Source: Octopus sinensis (taxonomy: Eukaryota). Taken from it: 64,000 bases of DNA. The notes under the pieces were generated by a model, which worked only from the letters and a program-made list of their open reading frames with translations, was not told where the DNA came from and ran no database searches. The position numbers were made by a program, and so were the translations under genes. Each line of letters opens with the position of its first letter. The first letter of the stretch is position 1. The stretch is from assembly GCF_006345805.1 (NCBI RefSeq), contig NC_043010.1:21452001-21516000 (forward strand). Direction: 5' to 3'. Positions 15,274-28,847 of the stretch are shown one piece after another.

Positions 15274-17110
15274 CACATTAACATATATAAAAATGACTAA
15301 ATATCAAAACAAAAATAATAATATCGCTATGTTGCCGAATTAAAAGTAAATTGAAAACAATTTCATCCTTCTCCATCCTCTAACAATTTTCACCATCGCA
15401 ACCAAACTACATCTTTGAAAATACATGCCATTTCTAATTTTATATCTAATGTTTTATATTATCTGCTATGAAGTCCTTTGCGCAGCTCCATTTATGTATG
15501 TATCTATGCACGAATTTTAGTATCTAGCGCTGATCTAGCCCTGGCCTGTTTGGTGGCGAAGGAAATGCCGTAATCCCACAGCTAATGTCTTTAAGTTTAG
15601 ATATTTTCAACACGTGTTAATATTTCAGAGATATAAAGAATCGCTTTAACATTTAATATTCTACTCACATGATGGTGAAAGATTATCGAAAGCCAAAAGA
15701 TTTTTTACTGCTTCGGCTTTTACATTTGCAAACATTATATATAATTTTATTGTCCAACCTGTCTTTGGATACTGCTGTTATATTGAAATGCTTCGTGTTA
15801 CCTGTAAAGTAATTCATGGGAACGAGAATATTTTGATTTCATACACTTAAGCCAAAATGAGCATGGCTGAAGAAATTTAATGAAGATTGAGTTAAATGCC
15901 TTAAAGCTGGTTAATATGTGAAATAAAAAAAAATACTCGAAAGAATTATTTCCCTTTAGTTTTCCTTAAGATCTGTGTATCACATGTTACTAGCTTTTGT
16001 TTCATCCTTTTATCTAGAGTATTCTAAATTTTGCAGTGAACTTGGATAACAAGATTACGTTAAATAAACCCATGTAAACATTTCATAGATGCTGTCTAAA
16101 GCAAAAAAAAAAGACTAAGAAAAAACAACAACAAAAACAAACAAACAAAGAAACTAGGAACTACTATATCTACACGGGAAAAGTAACAAGAAACACTTTA
16201 CAGGTAGTTAGCATAATCTTTTTATATCTCTTTATCTCATTTTTTCCCATACTAAATTTGATCCTAGAATAATTATTTGAAGTATAATTACTATCGTCAA
16301 CAACTCAACAGTGTGGAGTCATTGATAAAGACGTTAGTGAACGAAAGATAGAGATAAAAAAACATTCTTTCCATTCATTTCGGTGCAGTGTATTAATTAA
16401 AAATGGTTGCTTTGACTATCTCATCGCTTCTCTTTAAACTTACCTTTCTCTCAGATCACGGTGACACTCGTTAAGTCGTATTATGCACCGAGTTTCACTA
16501 TTTTTGCTATCTCTTGCAACGTTTTATTGAATTTTCAATAACTGTAATTGATTAGCAAAACTGAATCAGCAGCAACACTGATGGAAATCGATAAGAAAAA
16601 AATATAGATAAATGAAAACTCATCGATTTTCTTTTTCAAGAAAAGAAGTTATATATTGTGAATAATCATTGGTTGTCCTAGATTACTGAGAGACGTTATT
16701 TGTACCGAGTTTTACTAAGATGCTCTTCGAGAAATACGTGGATGCGGAGAAAAACGTTCATACAATTCCTTCTGGTTAAGCTATACTGAGTGAGCGTAGG
16801 TGTATGTCGTCAGTGTGTGCGTCTGTGTTATGTATATATGTATACATGCAAGTTGGTATGCGTAAATTCACTTATTTCTTGATGACGGTTCACTTCGGCT
16901 ATACTCTGATTTTCTTATCTATCTTAATTTCTCTCTTAATCTCTCTCTACCCTCTGTCTGTTTGTCTGTCTGTCACTATATATACATACATATACATACA
17001 TATATGTGTATATACATACACACATACATATATATTTATATTATATATATATATACATACATATATATATACATACATGCATACATACATACATACATAC
17101 ATACATAGAA

Positions 17111-18405
17111 AAGTGGCTGTGTGTTAAGAGACTTGCTTCCCAAACACATGGTCCGCGTTTAGTTTCACTGCGTGGCACCTTGGTCAAGTGTCTTCTACTA
17201 TGGCCTCGAGCTGACCCAAGCCTTATGAGTGGATTTCGTAGATGGAAACTGAAAGAAGCTCGTTATATATATATATAAAGTTAATCCAAACAAGAAAGCA
17301 CAAAAAACACAACAACGCGAGGACGTGGAACAAATATAGTATTATTGGACGCTCAGGAAAGAAGGAAAAGGAGGGTCTAACGTTTCGAGCGGAGCTCTTC
17401 GTCGGAAACATAGGAGAAGGAAAGATCCAGAGAAGGGAAGACAGAGGAAAAAAATCGCCAACGGTACACACGCGGTCACATGCATGTATGTATGTATAAC
17501 AAGCTACTTTCATTTTCGTTTTAATTTATATATTTTTGTTGCATAAATAGACTTGCATAGACATTGAAATGTCCCATCTACAACTTACACGTAAATATCC
17601 GGTTAAATTTTGCTTATTACCCCATTTATTTTTCGTTCTTGATTTTTAGTAATAACTTTTTGGGATGTTTTTACCTTAAATTCTTCACAATGTCGAGAAT
17701 GGCTATACATAACTTTAATTATAATTCTTATTATAATTTTTCTTACATATTTTTATTGCCCATTGAAACGTTCGTAGGTACTTACTAAATCTAATTTTGT
17801 TTTTTATCATCTTTTCTCCATTTTTGTAATTGTTTATGGTATCTTTATACCTATAACAAACTTTTTCAATCATATATAATTAAATATATATATGTATATA
17901 TATATATCCTACTACAGGTGGAGGTTTAATCGATGTGTTCACACGAGGTACTTTGCGAGACTACCAAAACGTTCTCTGAATATCACCGACCTCTACTCTT
18001 TATAAGAGTTCCGCTAGTCCAATCTTCCAAATTCCCAGGAGTGTCAATGACTCTCGCCACACCATCTCCCCCTTTGAGATTGACTTCCGTTGGAAGTTAA
18101 TAATGTTTTGATATATTTTTCTTTCATAACAGACACACACACACACTCACACACACACACATACACTCACACACACATATAAATATACACACATATATAT
18201 GTATGCGTTTGTGTGTCTGTGTTTTTTTCGCCCACCATTGCATCAAACCTGTGTTTACGCCCTGTAACTTAGCGGTTCGGCAATGAGACTCATATAATAA
18301 AACTAGGCTTACAAAGAATAAGTACTATGGTTGATTTGTTCAACTAAAGGCGTAAATCCAGCATGGCCACATTCAAATGACTGAAACAAGTATGATAATA
18401 AAAGA
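17111..18405 (+). mobile_element. SINE family A split by a nested insertion
   Basis: Head at 17111-17265 and tail at ~18205-18405, separated by ~0.9 kb that includes an HHR-bearing segment. Confidence 0.65.
17375..17409 (-). ncRNA. Minimal hammerhead-like motif (U4C)
   Basis: Minus strand GTTT-CCGACGA-A-GAGC(TCC)GCTC-GAAA-CG-TT-AGAC. Confidence 0.5.
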
Positions 18406-18415
18406 ATATTATATA

Positions 18416-18480
<65 letters not shown>

Positions 18481-18647
18481 CTTTATCTGCCGAAGCCATG
18501 TCTAACTTACCAGTGTCATTATAAGATTAATCTCTTCAATCTATAGGTTGGTAACTAAGCATTGAATTTATGATCCCTTTTGAGATTTATTACCTTTACT
18601 AAAAGTTATATATATATATATATATACATATATATATTATATATATA

Positions 18648-18685
<38 letters not shown>

Positions 18686-18929
18686 TATATTATATATATA
18701 AACAAAGGACCAAGACAGGTGTATGAATAACGAGCAAGAGTATTAGTTTGATTCTAGAAAAATTGAAAAAAGTCTTTTATGTATGTATATCGCTTGGTTG
18801 GGCGATCTTAGTGAAGGTAGAAAACCTCATGAGAAGTCCTAAACTTTTCGTGAAAATTTGATTAAACATCTCCAATGAGTACATACTACCAGTGAAAATT
18901 TACAGCCGTGAAACGGGCTCTCAACACTA

Positions 18930-19200
18930 TCCTCACGGATACCCTCATGGAATGAATCATGCTAGGCACCACATTGCAGAACAAGAAAATCAACGTATGG
19001 TTTTCACAGCACATGAAAGTCAATGACATTATTAGAACCACCAAATTGAACAAATGTATGTGGGCTGACCACTTGGCCCGACTGAAAGAGAAGAGATGGA
19101 CAGCGGAATGGATTAGCAGACAATGAACAACAAGACAACGGACAAGATCAAGAAACCGACCAAATACAAGGTAACAAGATGTTCGCATCTGCTACAGTGG
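18930..19200 (+). pseudogene. RTE-clade LINE C-terminal fragment
   Basis: MLGTTLQNKKINVWFSQHMKVNDII...MWADHLARLKEKRWT..W...RSRKP resembles the RTE tail (LGV.L.D...N.WIR....V.DI...W.WAGH.AR..D.RWT...RGRP). Confidence 0.6.
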
Positions 19201-20609
19201 TCGAAGAAGCAAAGTCTGGGGTTACTTGTTCAAAAGCGATGAAGCCCTGAATATTTGGCATACATACATAAATACATACACACATACATACATACATACA
19301 TACATACATACATACATACACACATACACACATACATACACACATACACACATACACACATACATACATACATACATACATACATACATACATACATACA
19401 TACATACATACAAGATACACTTTCAGTTTCATATCTATTCTCATTGGAGAAGCAGGGTGTCCCCTAAGCCGTCTGGACGGAAGTATAGCTGAACTTGGAA
19501 TCTGGCGGAGAGAATGAAAATTCTTAATTCATAAGCAACGAATGATCACGATATCTGGAGCTATAAAAGTCTGTAGGACGTTCTTAATATTAATGATGGT
19601 TAAAAGAAGATTCTTTCCTTCACGACCTTGCTACCAAGAAGGCGGACGGTCAAAATTACTTTAAATTAAAAAGAGAAAGAGCAGGCATGCAGACATACAT
19701 AGATACACGCACACTCACACACACACACACACTCATATGTCTAGGTGCATTAATCGCTTTGGAATTTTTCTTTTATTTTACGACCTGCATTTTGTTTTTA
19801 AATCGGAATTGTTCTTATTAAAAAACAAATAAAAATTAGACGCCGTGAAAAATTGTGGCGGTTTGCATCGGCATAAATCATTTAATAATATTCGCACATT
19901 TGGCTAATTTATTGTACCGTGAAACATCAACAATCCTAAAGATTTGTGTAAAGTTCTTTGTCAGGCAAGACTGTTTTTAATGTTTATGGTAGCACCGTGC
20001 ATAAATGTTGACGAAGAATTTTGATACTTTTGTTGGTTCATGAGAATACTTTTCTTATTAATTTTTTTTCGCTAATTTCGTCGAAAAGCAACAGAAATAA
20101 ATCAGACGAGCCTTTTTACATTTCTTGTTTTGTTGACTCATGTTTTATAATTTATAGTTCAGTATGCATTTTAGCGTTTCTTGAAAAAAATAATTTGTCG
20201 GTTTTACTGCTAGACTGATGCTTATGTTGGTGGACTGTCCCTAATAGGAAGTGGTTATTTGAGTGTTAAGTGACTTGTCTAAGAAAATAAAGAAGTGTCA
20301 CTATGATTGAGGTCCTATGTTTTATTCACTTCCTCATCTGTACTCTCTCTATACTAATATACAGCATCTATACAAATAAGCGTTTTGTTTCACAAACGAC
20401 AGAAAGCGTACATATAATGTTGAGTTCAAGTATTATATGCAGCTTGTTCTGCCTACTCAGACTATACAGTGTTTCACGTTACTCCAGGCGATGACCTTTC
20501 TTCGTGTAGCTTCATATAGTTATGCGATAGACGGAAAACGTTTTGCTCATATGGATTCCATTGTCTCAGGTCACATTGTTCTGATGTCGCTTCATGAGTT
20601 TCGCAAATG

Positions 20610-21790
20610 AGTTCAACATTTAGGGCAAAAGATTTCGATCTGTATATGAAGGACATTTCAATTCGTATTGGCAAGATAAACTTTCCCGTCTTAAAGATTT
20701 CGGTTTCCCGAACTGCAAAAAAAAAATGCATTAGGCACAAAGTATTACAGATTGATAAACAAGAGATAACAACAAAAAATAAAATCAAAGTTGTGTCAGG
20801 TAAAAAATAATGCTTGAAAAGCAACCAAAGAGATTCCAGTACTCGCAGAATAAGCTCTCCAGGAAGAACGAAAGGAAATTCTACCAGCTGCTAAACATAG
20901 CAGGGTAACATCTGGGGAATGACGTGTCAGATGGTGACGCAGTAAGGGACATCTGGTTAGAAATTCGGCTGAAAGTTCATCATATTAAAAAAGGTTGGTG
21001 TAAGAACTTAAAATCGAAACAGAGACAGGAGATGGAGTAAAACAACAATGGCGGTTTAAAAAGGTGAAACAGATGATCAAGAAGGTACCAATTTGGAAAT
21101 ATTTTCGTTGGGCCAAAAGGGGTTGAGAGATTCTGTCCCAGAATTTTTTGAAATATACAAGGTCGTATGAAAGTTTCTTCTGGCTGAAAGAAAATGGAAC
21201 GCCAACATGGGTGACATAAATACACTGCTGATACATAGGGGTAAAGACAAGAAAGGGTAATTTATTATAAGACCTCTTATATTGGCTTGGCTTAGCTTCA
21301 TGCCCTTGCTTGATGTAGACGTCAAGGTCCATCAGTGTTCTCCAAGCTGGCGGTATCGTGCCAACCACTCTGCATCATCCATGGTGATCTATTAAATGCT
21401 TACCATTATTCTCAAAATTATTATCCGTCCTCATAGCAGAAGAAATATATAATTTATGGGAGAGAAATCTATTGGTAGAGGAGCAAAGGTGAAGCAGAAA
21501 GAAGTCAAAGGGAGCTGCTAATCCACTGAATATCAATAGTAGGATACTATATTAGGTATGACTAAGAAAGAAGTCTTCAGCTGCTATTGGATGGATAAAC
21601 TAAAAAAAGTCTTACAACTAGGTTTAGCGCTGTTGATTCTAAAAGAGCATGAGAACGTTCGGAATCAATGTGAAGTTAAACAGCATTTTTGAAAAGGTAA
21701 TGAGTACGTAGAAAGTAGAACATGTGCAAATGAATCGTTAAGAAACGAGGAATTTTCAGTCTCTTAGATACTACTTGGCAACTACATGGC
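20610..21790 (+). pseudogene. Highly degenerate R4/Dong-like RT remnant
   Basis: Collinear motifs across frames and stops: FQYSQNKLSRKNERKFYQLLN, VKQMIKKVPIWK..GP, GTPTWVT, KCLPLFSKLLSVLIAEEIYNL, LVEEQR*SRKKSKG, GWIN*KKSYN, SMRTFG, KRGIF. Confidence 0.65.
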
Positions 21791-22255
21791 TCCACCTGTT
21801 GCATTGTGAACCATGCGACATGTATGTCCCAGCGGAACATCTTGTGCTTTCGGTATTCTGTTAGCCCATCGTTAACTCCCCTCCATTCTCGAATTACGTT
21901 TCGTAAAATGCTCTCGCAATTCTATTTCAAGAAGGAGGAACTTTCCATGCTTGTGTTTGGGCCGTAGCCAGTCGATATTAGCCCTCTTCGTAATAGGTTG
22001 TCTCACTTATATATAGGAGTACAGGTAGGAAGATGACATTGAAAAGACTGACAGGTAGGTTCTTGTTCAGCTGTGCTTCGTATCATTTTATAAAGAGATA
22101 ACATTTCATTGCTGCTCATATTCTCTGTGAGATTTCAGTGTCGATGTCTTTGTGTATATTCATCATGCGCTCCAAGTACAAGTAATCTTTCACCATTCCG
22201 ATTTCATCGCTTCCCATCTATGTGTTTGTAAGTACGTATGCATAGATATAATTAC

Positions 22256-22372
<117 letters not shown>

Positions 22373-22896
22373 CATATATATATTTCATCGCTTCCCATCT
22401 ATATGTTTGTGCGTGTTTGTGTGTAGAAAGTTGAAAAGTAACACACGAGTTCATATGTATAGGGAAAATAGGACAAGGTAGAAAATACTAAAATAATTTT
22501 ATCGTAAAGAACATTTTAGTACCGGTTTCACTCATTGCGACTTTTTAAATTTAGAGTTAAGCCTGAACAACAATTAAATTGTGGAAAAATTAAATGAAAT
22601 GCTTTAAAAAGTATTTTCATAGTCTAATACATGGGACATTTAAATTTTTTCTGTTTCTGTCTCTCTCTTTTTTGTGAAGTCTGAGCTGGTAGGCAGTAGC
22701 AGGTCTGAAGGAATATGTAATATGAGGGATGTGGGCACTTGGTTTTGATTGTTTAAGTAGCAGTAGCCGAGGAAGGGGACCGCGAAGTAGAAGACGACGA
22801 CGACGAAGAAAAGGAAAAGGAAGGAATAGAAGAGAAAGAATAAGAAAACCCATGTATGTAAATGTGTGTACATAGGAGTGTGCCTGTGAGTATATA

Positions 22897-22987
<91 letters not shown>

Positions 22988-23695
22988 CATACATATATGT
23001 ATATAAATTGTATATTAAATATCTATATATACTATATACACACAACACACGTGCCCACACACGACTCACATATACATACACTGGCACAGACACGCACACA
23101 TGTACGGACAGTGATACAGACACAGACAGATGCACTCACACAGAGAGGCACATACACACAAACACACACACACGCAGAAGCACACACACACTCGATTATT
23201 ATGATTAATTCTGACGTTTTTGCGTCGAGCAAAAATATTGAACGATTTCGATTTCCCCTGTCAAAATTTGTTTACTTTAACTGTTTTGCAGACCTTTAAA
23301 AATACATCTTTCGTATAAAAATATTATTAAAAGAGAACGAAAAGATCAGCGAACGCTTACGGCAAGTTGAAGCTATTCAGGTGACCGAAGACTTTCCAAT
23401 ATAGATATTATTAAAATCGAAGCGACTGTTTGATGTAAGGTCATGTTTCGTAGAGAGTGTGTTGTAGCATAGGTCAAACGTAGAAATGCGAGCGATAAAA
23501 GTTCAAATGGTTTACACTACTTCGATTTCACTAAATCCACATGTAAACAACATTGACGTTTTACAGAAGGTCAAGATGAGATTCATCAAATGAAGGTTTT
23601 TCTGTCATACCGTTTGTTTCTTTTCTTCCGTTGCATTTAAAGGCAACTTGCGATATCTGTATTTATATTTTCCTATACCATATTGACACCACCAA

Positions 23696-23712
23696 ATAAT
23701 AATAATAATAAC

Positions 23713-23782
<70 letters not shown>

Positions 23783-23806
23783 TTAATAATAATGATAATG
23801 ATAATA
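23696..23806. repeat. (AAT)n array
   Basis: Direct reading. Confidence 0.95.
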
Positions 23807-24355
23807 AATGCCCTGATGCAGTACCAGGTAGTGGCTCTCATGGCTTCTGATCTTAACTGATTGGAAGTGTTATTATGTACATTGCTTTGTCTTGATATAA
23901 AAGATGGGCTACAGCAAATATTCTGCTCAATACCACAGATTTGCTTGTCAGTTGTTTGACCATAACCAGTTGAACGTGTCCCTTAGTGGCTGACGATATT
24001 TGCATCTCTGATCACGAGCAGAAGTAGTGGGAGAGCATCATAGCCATGTGTTGAAAGGAATTCTTAGAGGTTTGGATAATTCACCTTTGGAAACATGGGT
24101 GGTTCGTTCAACATCCTTAAACAATCCTTATTCAGGAACCTTTTGAGTGGAATAGGCTACTCGACCAGAAGAAAATTCTAACTGGGCCCCACCTGCAAAG
24201 TCATACGCTGTTTATCTTGATATGAGATCACCATGTTGCTTACATATGGTTGTGATGCATGTGCCTGGTGTACCCTTATCAGACGGGTAGTCATGATGGG
24301 TATACTGGGCTTCGTATATTTGTACCCCAGTGTCACTTTGATGGCCTCTCACTCA

Positions 24356-24387
24356 ATACTACTACTACTACAACAACAACAACAACA

Positions 24388-24433
<46 letters not shown>

Positions 24434-24446
24434 ATAATAATAATAA
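24356..24446. repeat. (ACT)n(ACA)n(ACT)n(AAT)n compound array
   Basis: Direct reading. Confidence 0.95.
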
Positions 24447-24509
24447 TGGTTTTAAAATTATTTTGACACAGATTCAGTAATATAACATCACCCTTCATGT
24501 TAAACTGAT

Positions 24510-24812
24510 TCTTATTTTTTCGACCAAGAAAGGATTAAATGCAAGTCGACCTCAGCGGAATTTGATCTCGAAAATTAAAGGTTCGGAATAAACGCTGCTA
24601 AGCATTTCATCCGATTCATTAAAGATTCGACCGATTCGCCGCTTTAATAGTAATACTTTCTACTTTTAGCACAAGGCCTGAAGTTTTGACGGAGGAAGTA
24701 ATCTCATCTGATACTTGTTGATCTCAGCAGAATTTGAACTCAGAACGTAAAGACGGACGAAATGCTGTTAAGCACGTTGTCCGGCATTCTAATGTTTCTG
24801 CCAGAAGCTTCA
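24510..24812 (-). mobile_element. Two degenerate SINE family B copies
   Basis: aagtcgacctcagcggaatttga and gaatttgaactcagaacgtaaagacggacgaaatgc. Confidence 0.65.
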
Positions 24813-24850
24813 CTTTTAATAATAACAATAACAACAACAACAACAACAAC

Positions 24851-24917
<67 letters not shown>

Positions 24918-25300
24918 TACGACCACAAACACGAAGACATCGAAAATGATAACAAAAAGATCCTGTGGGGTTTTATGATTCAGTGCCACCATGAGATAGA
25001 AAATAGGAAGCCAGACATAGTCTTAATTGAGAAAGAAAACAAACTATGCTGGATCATAGATATAGCATGGCCAGTTGACAAGGTATGCGATAAGGAAGAA
25101 AGAAAAGTCGATAGATATGAAAGGTTAGCTTGGGAATTTAAGCAGTCGTGGTCGATGAAAAAGATATCAGTCGTACCAATAGGTGTCGGAGCCCTGGAAA
25201 CAGTGAGCAAAAATCTCGAGGAGTACATGGAACAAATAAATCAAGAGATGGTAAGTGCATAATGATAATATTTAAACTCGGGAAGTCGGAACGTAATTGT
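24918..25300 (+). mobile_element. Second R4/Dong-like RLE 3' fragment
   Basis: KILWGFMIQCHHEIENRKPDIVLIEKENKLCWIIDIAWP...KVDRYERLAWEFKQSW..VVPIGVGAL. Begins directly after the (AAT)n at 24817-24917. Confidence 0.85.
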
Positions 25301-25344
25301 GGGTGGAGGATTACACTGAACTCATTAAATGACTGTTTCTTTAT

Positions 25345-25465
25345 TTAATCAATCCCAAAACGATGAAAATTAAAATTGACTTCAGAACGTAATAAGCAGT
25401 AAGAAGTGCTTCCAAGCCTTTTATCCAATGCGTTAACGATCTTTCCCAGCACGCTGCCTTCGAAA
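25345..25465 (-). mobile_element. SINE family B, old copy
   Basis: Minus strand aaggcagcgtgctggg..gatcgttaacgca...ttacgttctgaagtc..ttttcatc. Confidence 0.45.
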
Positions 25466-25835
25466 ATTAACAACAGCATCGACAGCAGCAGCAGAAGCAG
25501 CAGCAACAACAAGGAAGACGACGACGACAGCAACAACAGCAATAATGAGTTTAGGTTTGGCCAGAACAAACCAACAATTTTGAGTGGGTGAGTGTGCTAA
25601 TCGGCGCCTGCCGTCCACTACAGTACCTGACTAGTACAGCACTCTATCGTCCCGCAACGGAAGGAAGCGATGTTGAAATCGGCGAGATTTGATCTCTTCA
25701 TATAAAGAGTCGGAACAAATAACACAAAAGGATTTTTCTGACGAAATAATAAGTTGGAACCGAGGTATTGGCTTTTCGGATGTGCAATTAATAATTACAG
25801 ATAACACCATCTGCACTCTTGAACACGTTTATATA

Positions 25836-25885
<50 letters not shown>

Positions 25886-25939
25886 ATATAATATATAAAT
25901 ATATACGTACATACATACATACATACATACATACATACA

Positions 25940-25975
<36 letters not shown>

Positions 25976-26145
25976 TACATACATACATACATATACATAA
26001 TGCAATCGGATAAAGGAAATGCAACTGTAACATCCAACATATATTTTTATTCTCCTATTTCCCTTTATACTTCTTATATCTCTCCCTTTCCAAAACAACT
26101 TCTTATACTGAACTCTGCTATTTCCTTCTAGTTAACTCTCTCATA

Positions 26146-26197
26146 TAGTGTCTGATAATGGGGAATCCTTTATATCCCTGAAACAGCTGTAAAACTA
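26146..26197 (+). ncRNA. Degenerate hammerhead-like motif (G8A)
   Basis: TAGTGT-CTGATAA-TG-GGGA...TCCC-T-GAAA-CAGCTG-TA-AAACTA, with palindromic stem-III loop. Confidence 0.45.
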
Positions 26198-26278
26198 CCT
26201 CTCTCTTTATAAATGTCCTAGAAATTTCATACTGCCTTGGCTTTGTTGTCTCATTTTATTCAACACACACACACACAC

Positions 26279-26317
<39 letters not shown>

Positions 26318-27640
26318 TACACATACATATATATACTCATATACGCTTTTTATGTGTTGTGTATCCCTATATTCCCTTCTCATTTTCTTTCTCCCTATCT
26401 CTGTATGTATTTATATATATGGGCAAATCAGTAACAAATTACGAATTCAAATACACAAGCTACGAAATTCAAAGTGACATTCACAGTGGATATTATTTTG
26501 GTATTTGAAGAAAACTGTTGTAAAAGCTAAAAGTAAATGTCGGACGTTTGGGGCACGGCCCTTCGTCAATATGCAGTGAAAAGTCCAGAGAGAAGGAGAT
26601 CGAAGGTGGAAAATGAGACAAGAACAAAGTGATAGGAAAATAGCGCAGGTGTACAAACAAAGAAGCATAAAATATTTGGCAAGAACGAAAGAAACGAATG
26701 ATTCGTATACACTAAAGCGAGTTCTATCTCCCTCATTAGCCGTTGAACAGATATCATTAAAATTTCAACGCCTTCTGACAATTTTGCATCTGGATCGTAA
26801 GATGCTGGAATATAGATGGCCGAACACATAAATAAAATGGGTGTGTATACTCTCTGTACATACCACTGAGAATAAGAAGATTCAATACTGATGACAGTAA
26901 AATTCTAGTGTGTACTGAAGATATTAGATAACCATCAGTTTCGATCTCATCTCCGGAATCCTCAGGCTAAACTATTTCGGAAAGATTTTTTCTGTTAACA
27001 GGAAATTAATTTCTGTGATATATAAGTCAGTTCTGGTTAGGTCTCTAAAGTTTTGAGTGAGTTGGTTTATTACTAGCTGATTAACTTGTGACGTATAATG
27101 TGCTGGTTAACGTTTGAAGCAGAAAGGATCTCACACGTGTTAAAATATATGTACAGACGATGGCTGAATATCAGAAACGCCAGAGGAAATCGGGTTCGGA
27201 GAATAGGAACAAGAGTGAGACAAAACAGAAGAATGCACTGGTGTGTATAATTATGTATGACAAAACCTAAATATGTATGTGTGTGTTCGTGTGAGTTCTT
27301 GTGCATATGTGTGCATTTTATACATTTTTGTACATGTATAAGCGCCTCGTTTGCTGAAAATGGTTTGGACAATTACTATTTTGAGGGCGCTTGTTGAAAC
27401 TGCAGTAAATGTCCACAATTGTCTTCTTGCATTCAGATAGTATGTCTGTTCTTTAGCGTCGTGTATATTTTGGAAATATATATTTTGTGTCTTAAGATTA
27501 AATTTTTCATTTTTAGTTGAATCCAATTAGCTCCCAAGGACTGACCTTTCCTCTCTGGAAATAGAGATAATTTCAATGAACATGCACTCTTTCTTTGGTG
27601 TTCACATACATCACACTGATACCCAAATTTTCATCTCTCG

Positions 27641-27676
<36 letters not shown>

Positions 27677-27979
27677 ATATATATATAGGTTATATATATA
27701 TAACGTAAATCTAAAGATGAATTGCTTCGATTGTTGCGTGAAAAGTGGACAGAAATTCCACAAGAGACAATCACAAAACTCATCAGTTCAATGCCAAAAA
27801 GAGTTTCTCAATCAAAAACTGCAAAGGGAACGTCAACTAAATACTAAAGTTTGTAATCCTACCTATCGATTACATTTCAGTTGTTCGCTTTGCGTATTAA
27901 ACAAAGGATTTTGAAAATTAAAGATGTCTATTTCCTTCCTGAATGTGTGTATGTATATAAATATATATATATATATATA

Positions 27980-28846
27980 CGGTCTGATCACTAAGTATCC
28001 GGACTGTTGCCATACTAACGAAGCTAAAACACCCAGAATGAAGCCGCTCGACACAGACTGACCTTGAACTCCATTGTTTATGTGCACTAAGTGATAACAT
28101 TCTAGCTCTCTCCCGCTGTTCACGGCAGTGCTTAGAAAGAAGGCGTGTAGCGTGTGTTTGGTCGCATTGCCCATAATAGAAAAAGTTGTCAGGGCGATAC
28201 CTGATCAGAGGTCTACGCATAGTTACAGAAAGTGTATGGAGAGGAGCGTGTGAGCCAACGTTTTCAACATAGCCGAAGAATGTCGATATAGAGGAACGTT
28301 CTGGGAGACCCGCAACCAGAAGAACTAAGAAAAACCTCGCAGGTGTACGTACAGCTATGAGGAGAAATCATTGAATCACCATTCGTGAGCTATCAGAGGA
28401 TTTGCAGATTAGTTACAGTTCAGTTCACTCCATTATCACTCAAGATATGGGTGTGAGACGTGTGCCTGCCAAGTTTGTGTTAAAACTGCTTTCAACTGAC
28501 CAAAAAGGCACACAGCTTTCAGTTGCACAAGATCTCCTTGAATGTGTCGAAAACGATGAAAACGCTTTGAAAACTTTGCGTAGGGCACTGAACAGGTATT
28601 GCCAAACTTTTGGCAAAATTCGAGGCAGATTCTCTTCTCAACTTTCTCAGTCATGGCAACGCAACGATTACACGCTACACACGTTCGTTCCAATCACTGC
28701 TCTAAACAGCGGAAGCGAATTAGAACGTTAAAACTTATTGCGCATGCACAGCAGAGTTCATGATCAATCTATGTGAAGCAGCTTTACTTTGCGTGCTTCA
28801 TTTTCAAAACTATGACAACAATCCGGATACTTATTGATCAGACCTC
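27980..28846. mobile_element. Defective mariner built from two inward-facing left ends
   Basis: TIRs ggtctgatcactaagtatccggactgttgccata / tatgacaacaatccggatacttattgatcagacc. + strand carries an HTH remnant (EERSGRP..ITIRELSEDLQISYSSVHSIITQDMGVRRVPAKFVLKLL). - strand carries the transposase start MTEKVEKRICLEFCQKFGNT. Confidence 0.8.
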
Positions 28847-28847
28847 A

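Larger units (their letters stand above)
12894..15517. repeat. ~240-bp inverted duplication, 2.1-kb spacer
   Basis: 12894-13135 is the near-identical reverse complement of 15281-15517. Confidence 0.9.

Noticed and set aside
25590-25810. Possible exon (ORF 25689..25898)
   Set aside because: No convincing splice pair or recognisable protein similarity, and the ORF runs into a TA array.
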